DNA from: Octopus sinensis
Taxonomy: Eukaryota
DNA length: 64,000 nucleotides
Direction of reading: 5' to 3'
NCBI RefSeq assembly: GCF_006345805.1
Contig: NC_043006.1
Coordinates: forward strand, 29,016,001 to 29,080,000
The notes under the pieces are model-generated. The model ran no database searches. It had not been told where the DNA came from and worked only from the letters and a program-made list of their open reading frames with translations. Within the stretch, counting starts at the first letter, position 1. Each line of letters opens with the position of its first letter. The translations under genes and the position numbers were made by a program. Below, one piece after another: positions 53,654 to 62,600 of the stretch.

Positions 53654-56600
53654 ATTTACATATGTAAATATGTGTGTATACGAATGCCTGTATATATGCA
53701 CACATGTACACATATATGTATATATGTATGTATGTATATTTACATATGTAAATATGTGTGTATACGAATGCCTGTATATATGTACACATATATGTATATA
53801 TATATGTATGTATATTTACATATGTAAATATGTGTGTATACTAATGCCTGTATATATGCACACATGTACACATATATGTATATATATATGTATGTATGTA
53901 TATTTACATATGTAAATATGTGTGTATACGAATGCCTGTATATATGCACACATGTACACATATATGTATCTATATTCTTGTAACTTTTGCTTATTTACAT
54001 CAGCATAAGATATATAAATTGACAAGAACAATGATGTTCTTTGAATAAAATCCTTTGCTGCATGTTAAATAAGCAGAATATTGTATTGTGAAACTCCTAT
54101 CCCATTTGTGTTAGTTATTACTTGTACCATCAGAAATATAGTAAACCAATGATTGGTCAGTTGGTCACATGTAATCAGTCATACTTCTGTTTACAAATTA
54201 TCATATAGTCACTTTCACCTTTGAGTCTAATGAAAGTAAATTTGTTTATTATTAAAGAATTTAATTTCATGTCCGTTGCCAGTTTTTGAACCTATGACGT
54301 TTTGTTTTTATAATTTAACAGACTGGTACTTAATTCAATCACTAGGGTACTTATAATTTAATACAATGTCAAAGTATATTTTTGGTAAATATTTATGGAG
54401 GTGTATCTATTGTTTCTGAACAAATTGAAAGGTTATCAAAGAATTGAGTCTGAGGTTCAAATTTTATTATTTGTTAAAGTCATTTGATTCACATCTTTGA
54501 GAAAGACATCATAAACACAATGTTATTTTTTTTTCATTCTGTTATAAATCTCCCAGCCTTGCACCTATTTATAAAATCTTATTTTATTAACGCACAATAG
54601 TCCAACCCAGCCGACATGGAAAAGGGACTTTAAATGATGATGATGATGATAGCAACATGAAGTCATAATAAAATACTTTAATTTCTTTGTGTTCCAGTGC
54701 GTTCCAAAACCAATCTTCATTTTGACAAAGATAATGTGGAGAGCCGACAGAAACAAATACAAGCAACCTATAATAAACTGCAAAAACTAAGCCAAGTGAG
54801 AACCTAACTATTGTTTCTTTCCTTTTTTATTGTTGTTTTTGGTATAAGAAACAAAAAATTACAAATATTGCAAAAAAAAAAAAACTATTACAAAAACAAT
54901 AATTAACTTTTGGATGAAACTCATCAGATTACTGCTGATAATGCACAAAACTAATTGGAATATTTACCATAGAGAAAACTAATTATATGATTGTCTTTCT
55001 CTACTCTCATGAAGACTGGGTTTTTTAACTGTTAGGTTTTAATGAAATGGGTGAGATTATTTTTATTAACCTTAAGTTTCAAAGAATTGAACACCTAAAG
55101 AAGATGTATGTGGGGGTGTATTGTATAGTGTAGCAACCTTGCATTGAAGGACTGTATGTAGACAGGAAATGGAAAGTGAAAAAAACAAAGCAAAAGCATA
55201 TAAATGAGGCAAAGTAGCGTAGTAATTGCGAGTAGCCAGGAATTTTTTTGAAGGTGATGCAGAGAGAGAGAGAGAGACAACGTGATGACGGTAAGGGAAG
55301 GAATGCAAGTGTTTGGGTTAAGAAGAGTAAATTAATCAAATAAGTAATTTTTTTTGTTTTGTTTTTTTTGCATGATCTCTTTACATTTCATTTGTCATCT
55401 ATCATAAGATTGAGACAAAATACCAGTAGTTAATATTGGTTTCAAATTTTGGCACAAGGCCAGCATTCTTGGGTGATTGGGTAAGTTAATTACATCAACC
55501 CCACTGCTCAACTGATACTTATTTTATGAACTCTGAAAGGATGAAAGACAAAATCAACTTCTTCAGAATTTGAACTCAGAATGTCTCAAAAACGGATGGA
55601 ATGCTGCTAAGCATTTTGACCCGTGTGCTAACAATTCTGCCAGCTTGTCACCTTACCAGCAGTTGTCATTGGCTCATGACACCAGTAACATTGCTGTGGG
55701 AGATGTTTAAGACTCTTGGAAAATTGTATTGTATGATGAAGTTAAGTGAAGAGATTGAAGAATTTGAAGAGTGAAAAAGACAACAAAAAATAGGGAAAGA
55801 AACTGGGATCCAGAGTAACTGGAAATTCTGATCAGTAATATGAAGAATGCATAAGAACAAACAATTTTTTTCCGGGACAAAATTAGCAAGTTAGAAGTGT
55901 GGTTTGGATGGTGGCTGAGATGGCATAGATAGAGAATGAGAGATTTGCGGTATAAATATAATACTGAAGGAAGTACAAGCTGGTCTAAAGTTCACAAATA
56001 TCTTAATATTAAAAACAAATTTTAAAAGGCGGCGAGCTGGCAGAAACGTTAGCATGCCAGGCGAAATGCTTGGTAGCATTTCAACTATCTTTGTGTTCTG
56101 AGTTCAAATTCCACCGAGGTCAACTTTGCCTTTCATCCTTTCGGGGTTGATAAATTAAGTACCAGTTGCATACTGGGGTCGATCTAATCAACTGGTCCCT
56201 CCTCAAAAATTTTGGGCTTTGTGCCTAGAGCAGAAAATAATATTAACCCTTTCGTTACTATATTTATTTTGAGATGCTCTGTGTTTCTTTCAATTATTTT
56301 AAACATAACAAAGAATTTAGTAAAATAACTTAGTTATCATTAAACTAGAGTTAAGAATGTAAATTCTGACTAAGGTGTGGTGGAATATTTTAATTCTAAA
56401 CTTATGAAAACAAGACATTTTTACCACAGAGCTAGAGCCAGTTTTGGCCGGGTTAGTAACAAAAGGGTTAAAAACAAATTAGATGTTTTTATCTTCATTT
56501 TATTGACATATTTGGTTTGGTGATGATTTTTTTTCAGACTCGCTGTTCTTCTTTGGAAGATGCTGCACGATTGCTGTCTTTCTTTAATCAGTGTGATGAG

Positions 56601-59600
56601 TTTGAAGGTTGGATTAATGAAAAGGTATCACTATTACTCCATTTCTGAAATTTATCATTTAAAAGCTACATAGGATCTAAGTTGATTTTGAGAAAATCTT
56701 TTGCTTTAAATTTATAAAACATATAAAAGACATTTAAAAGATTTTTAATTGCTTTTCAGAGTTTAGAAATGATTCATTGTCAATTGAATTTGTTTGCCTT
56801 TTATGTAAGATGGATTTTTTAATTCCACTACATAATGTGGAGAATGAATGGGAGAAAGAGAGACATCCTAATGAGAATCCAATGGAGGGTCCAGCTATTT
56901 TTGTTAACGTGATAGACAAAACAGTTAAAGGTATGAAGACAAGGAAAGTCCTTTGTCCATCAGGAACTGGCTTTGAGGTGCTTAAAATATCTGATTGAAT
57001 GGGATGCAGCCTGGTCACCTATATGTTCGTACAGGAATGTGTCAAATCCAACAACTGGTGTAGCAGCATTATAATCAGCTGTTACAAAAGTAAAGGAGAT
57101 GCCTTAGAGAGCAATAATTATAGAGTATGAAATTACTGAAGCAAGTCAAGAAAGTTACAAAAAGGGTTATAGCTCAAATAATTAGGAATAGAGCTAGCCT
57201 AGATAAGATGCAGTTTGCTTTTTGTACTACTGATGTTATCTTCTAAGTAGACCAAAGGTCAACCACTGTACATGGCATTCATCAACCTGGAGAAAGCCTT
57301 TGACAGTGTCTCTTACTCCTTCATATGGTGGTCACTGCAGAAGCTAGGATTAGGTGAGTGGCTGGTGAGAGCTATTCAAACCATGTTGTCAGTAAGGTGC
57401 AACATGAAAGTAACCTGTACAGCAGTGAATATAGTTTGTGTGGGTAGGATTTCAGCAGGACTTGGTTTTCAGTCCCCTCTTATTTATTATAGTTCTGCAG
57501 ACCATAACATATGTTGCCCAAAATTACCCCATTCTTATAGCTGAAATTGTAGAAGATTAGAAAAGAAATTTCAGGTGTAGAAGCAAGACTTGGATTCGAA
57601 GAGCTTTAAAGCTAATTTATCAACGACTAAAGTTCTTGTAAGTGGGAAAACAGACAGAACACTAATCTCTTCAGGTAAGTAGTCCTGTTCAATATGTAGA
57701 AGAGGTGTAGGTAGAAATTGCATACTGCGTACTAATTGCAAACTAAGGACACATAAGAGGTACAGTGGAATCACAAGAAGGCTAACAGAGAAAGTAGACT
57801 TTGTGTGAGGTTGATGCGAAGGTGAAGTAAACACAAAGGATACACAGGAAATAGATTTATTCAAATGCCCAGCTGGATCCTTAGAGGCAGTAGATAGTTT
57901 CTGTTACTTATTAGCAGTTGATGCAGAATCTTCTAACAGTAGAGCTTCCAGAGTAAGAACCAGATGAAGAAAAAGAAAGTTATTATCACTTTTGGTAACC
58001 TGTAGAAGGAGACCCAGAAGGACATTGGATGAAGTAGTGAGGACTGACATCAAGATGTTAAGCCTCATGAAGGAGATGACCAAGACCTGAGATGAATAAT
58101 GTGCTGTGCTTGAGAAAACCCATCCATCTCAGCAAAACCGAGGTCCTGTCAAGCTTTCTCCAACAACCCATCTTTCACCACCTATCCCTTCACCAGTCTT
58201 CATTCACTGTAAATTATACCATTTATTTCCCTACACTTCACATTTATCCCTATCACTGTCACTTATCACCTCCTCCACTTTCTTGATCCCCCCACACCTA
58301 TTTCTTTCACTTTCCCCAAACTGATATTCACTGCATCCACTGCAATCCTACCTTTAATCATTATCTATCACACACTTTTCACATTCTAATGCACTTACCT
58401 TTTCTGCTCTGCTATTCTTACTCTCTCTCCCATATTTACTTTGTATCTTGAATGTCTGCTCTCACTACCAATATCTGCCTTTCTCTCGCGCTCTCTCGAA
58501 GTTATGTACCTCCTCTTCAGTAAGATTTCTGTCTTTCTATCACCCTTTCACCTCCTTCAATACTCTTCCCAACTCGGTTGCAAAGTCTCACCTTGCGAGT
58601 ACTTAGTGGTCTCACTCGTGCCTGTACTGTGAAAAACACCCAGCACACTCTGTAAAGATGTTAGTAATAGGAAGGCATCTGGCTGTAGAACTCGTAACAA
58701 AGCACACATTGGAGCAGGATTTATTCTTCTCGTACATCACTTCCTGTCAAACTGTACAACCCATGCCAGCATAGAAAACAAATGTTAAACAATATTGATG
58801 ATCTAATGGAAATTTGTAGAGATTTATCTCAACTAACTAATCTGTTTCTTTTTATTTAAAGTGAATGTAGTTTCCTTTGTAGATCATAGTATTCTAGTGT
58901 TAAAAAATCATTCTTACTTGTTCTCCTTGTTATATAATTTTATAATCTAACAAAAATAAATTAAATATATTGCTAAGTAAGAATTATTTAAGGATTTTGT
59001 TTTTGTCATGTTGTTTATCAACTAGGAGGAAATGCTGAACAGTAAAGAGAGTCTTTCTGATAACATGGCTGCAGTGAAGACAAAGTATGAGGTAAGCAGA
59101 ATTAACTTTAGTCTGCCATATAATTTTATGAATCATTTCAACTTTTACAAGACTAAAAATGGTTTATATCAAAAGGCTTTCTTAAAGACACATGTAAGAG
59201 GCTAATGTGATGGAAGATTAATCTATAGTATATCTGGTTACTAGACAGACTAAATATCTGGATCGGGATGTTCCAATTGAAGGCAGTCTTAGGAAAGAAG
59301 AACTTTTCTACAGAGTCTAGATACAAATGTCACAAGACATCATGAGGAGAGTATTCTGGCTAAATTTGATTATTTTTTTATGACTCCTTGTTAGTTAACT
59401 GATATGGAGGACTGGAAGCCATCTAAATATTGGGAAAAAAATCACTTGTACGATGATGATTTGTACTGGGTATCAAAATGCCAACATTGTGACTGCTGCT
59501 CAGTACTGTAAAAGCTGTAAGAAGTGACACAGACAGCTGCAACAGAGGCTTCAAGGTCATGGCCAGCAGGAAGGGTGTATCTCTAGTGTAGGTGGTGTTA

Positions 59601-62600
59601 TGCCACCCTGCATCTCTGAACATAGTTTTGGGCTCAGATCAGACAACTTTGTGAAACTGCTGGAGACTGTGGTCAATCCCTGGCTGGCGAGGTTTGCCAC
59701 TAGCAAGCCATATGTGTGGCAGCAGGATTTGGCTCCTTGCCATACCTCCAGAAAGAATCAAAAGTGGTTGATGAAGAATTCCTGACTTCACCAGCCCCAG
59801 TTTCTGACTTTCTAAATCCCCCAATTACAGTGAGTGGGCATAGTTGAGAAAGACACCAACTGCTCTGTCTGTAACACCTGGGCCAAACTAGTGACCAAGA
59901 TTGAGGAGGTGTTCAAAAATCTTCTCTGGACCAAAGTAAGGAATGCATGCACCAGGTTTCAGTGCCATCTTGAGACTGTGGTGAAAATTGAGATTATCTA
60001 CTTTGGGCAACTTCTTATCTCCAATCCAGAATCTAGTTGATATTTTTTGGGGTTTTTTTTTAAATACTTTAATTTTTTAGTTGGATATTGTGTTTTGCTT
60101 TCCTTTTATGCAAACTGTCAAGTTTAGCCCAAACACTCTGTATGATATAAAATTAGATGATGGATTATGATAGAAATTAGCAGATGTCCTAACCTGGACT
60201 GTAGGGGAAATGTATAATTTAAGGGTTAGGTTGGCAGGACATGCTTTATCTTTAAGCTAATAATTTATCATGTATCACCAATCGGTTCTGCTTGAGCAGA
60301 CCCATAAAACTCTAGTTCTAGTGCATATAACTTCATGTCAGTTTGGTATTTAACCATTTTTCAATTAATTGTAAAGCCATTCAGTATTTGTTATGCTTGG
60401 GGATGGTCATGTCCCGACAATCAAACCCACATACACACTCTATATGTTTGGTCTTCACTTCAGCTTTATTATTATATTAACTTTTTTGTCAAACATCTTG
60501 TTTGCATGGGTACAAAGTGCGGTAAGCAAACTCATATACACTCACACAAAACATGCGTACTAAACACATAGACATGCATGTGCGCACACTGATACACACA
60601 CACACAAACGCATGTGTAGATAAGGATACATACCATAGAAAGATGAAATGGAATAAGCAGAACAAGAGGAGATACATGGGAGAGGTCACAGAATGTGTGA
60701 CAAAAGAGCTTTGAGAAAGAAACTAGAATAATAATAATAATAATAAAGCTGAAGTGAAAACCAAATATGTAGTGCATGTGTTTAATTGGCAAAATATGAC
60801 CATCCCCAAGTATAACAAAATTTGTTTCAATACACAATTTCACATCAGGAATCTTGCAAAACAGATATATTAACATAACATCTAGTATGTCTTCTATCAG
60901 AATCATTTACAGGATCTGTTTGTTTTCAGTCATTGCTAACGAGTCTAGCTGCTAATCAAGTACGACTTAAAGATATCAATACTTTAGCTGATGAAATTAT
61001 TTCTTCTGGGAGCAGTGAAGAGGATGCTGTTCGTAAAAGACAAAAAGAAATACAAAGACGGTAAGTGCATAATTGTGTGTGTGTGTGTGTGTGTGTTTGT
61101 GAGAGAGAGAGAGAGAGAGTCATACAGTGTTGGCTTGAATACCTTGCTGTATTTGTCCTGGCTTTCTGCGCTCTAGCTGTATATGCCACCCATATCAGCT
61201 TTACTTTCCATCCTTTTGGAATCAGTAGAAAAAAGTATGTCTTCAAAGTGGTAGATTGGTTGAAGGTTAAAGCATCAACCAAGGTACTTTGCAGGATCTG
61301 TTTGGGTTCTGGACATTCTAAGTTTGAATCCTACCTCCTGTCTCTAGAACAAACAAAGCCCTAAAGAGCACAGTGCAAGTGGTGATGGGCTTGAGTCCAA
61401 ATACATAAAACATAGTTAATAATTTCAGGTAAATATTAAAGATATTATCAAGAATAGAAATGCAGATCTCTTGCTTTCCAGTTAAGCATATTATCACTTA
61501 CATCACAATCAGTTTATAAATTATGTACAGTTATTCATCTATTGTACTGGCATATTTTTATGCTATTTGCTATTGTTTTGTGGATTTTCACTCAACAACT
61601 TAAAACAGAAAGATGGTGTGGACACTATTTGGTCAGAATAGAAATGCTATTATTATTAGTCTTAAAGTAGGGTAAACTGAAACAAGCAATATAGTTTGTC
61701 CATCAGTGTTCAGCATTGCAAGTGAGTAAATCATCCCGACAACCTATTTCATTCTTCTACCCTGAGTTGAAAAAGATAATTATTAAACCTGGTTTTCCCC
61801 TTATATTTTCTTAATTGTAATTTTTTGGAAACATAAGTATAATTTTAATTTTTGTAAGATATTTTGTTGATTATAAATCTCATAATTTTTTTCAGTTGGG
61901 ATAATTTGAATCGACTCAAGATGAATAAAGAAAAACTTTTAGAAGGAGCTTCAAGGTAAAATTTAACTATTTTTCCAGTTATTTTATTCTCTTATATTAC
62001 AATGTTATTGTCTTCCCTTTTCCACATAATAATGTATGTATGTAGGAAGAAATAAAAAATTGACTTGTTCAGAATTTGTTAAACTGTTATCCTCTTCGAA
62101 ACTACAAGTATTGCTTAACCAGAGATACTTATAGCATGCTTTGAGGACTGTTATAAGATCCATCACTGTAAGCATAGACTGAAAAATAGTTTTTAAAAGG
62201 GTTATATTACAATTAGTTAGCAAAATGAATACTTTTTTTTATATGAATATACTCTTTGATATAATATATTGATTCCAGTCTGATTTAACTGTTTCAAAAA
62301 CAATGATTATGTGAACTAAAGATGAACAAGAAGCTTACACTATGGAGAGCATGCACCAGAGTATTAAGGTAACAACAGACTACTCTAACAAGCACCTGTA
62401 CTATAGGCTACTGGTCTTAGACACAGAACTCTGGCTGGAAACCAAGAATAGTCAGGTCCAGATCCTCCATTCCCATTATGCCAAGCCGTGACTTCTAAAT
62501 AGCTCATCCATAAGAATGCAGTTATTGCAGACAACACCAAGTTCAGTATTCAAATGGCAGACTTAGTGAGAGTGATGAGGAATGTGTCCCGCATGTTCAG

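Noticed and set aside
53612-53968. CRISPR-like array of palindromic repeats
   Set aside because: The intervening sequences are themselves repeated, not unique spacers; the context is a eukaryotic intron with no cas genes.
60912-60929. Alternative upstream acceptor (TTTACAG) for exon 24
   Set aside because: It would add 17 nt and break the frame.
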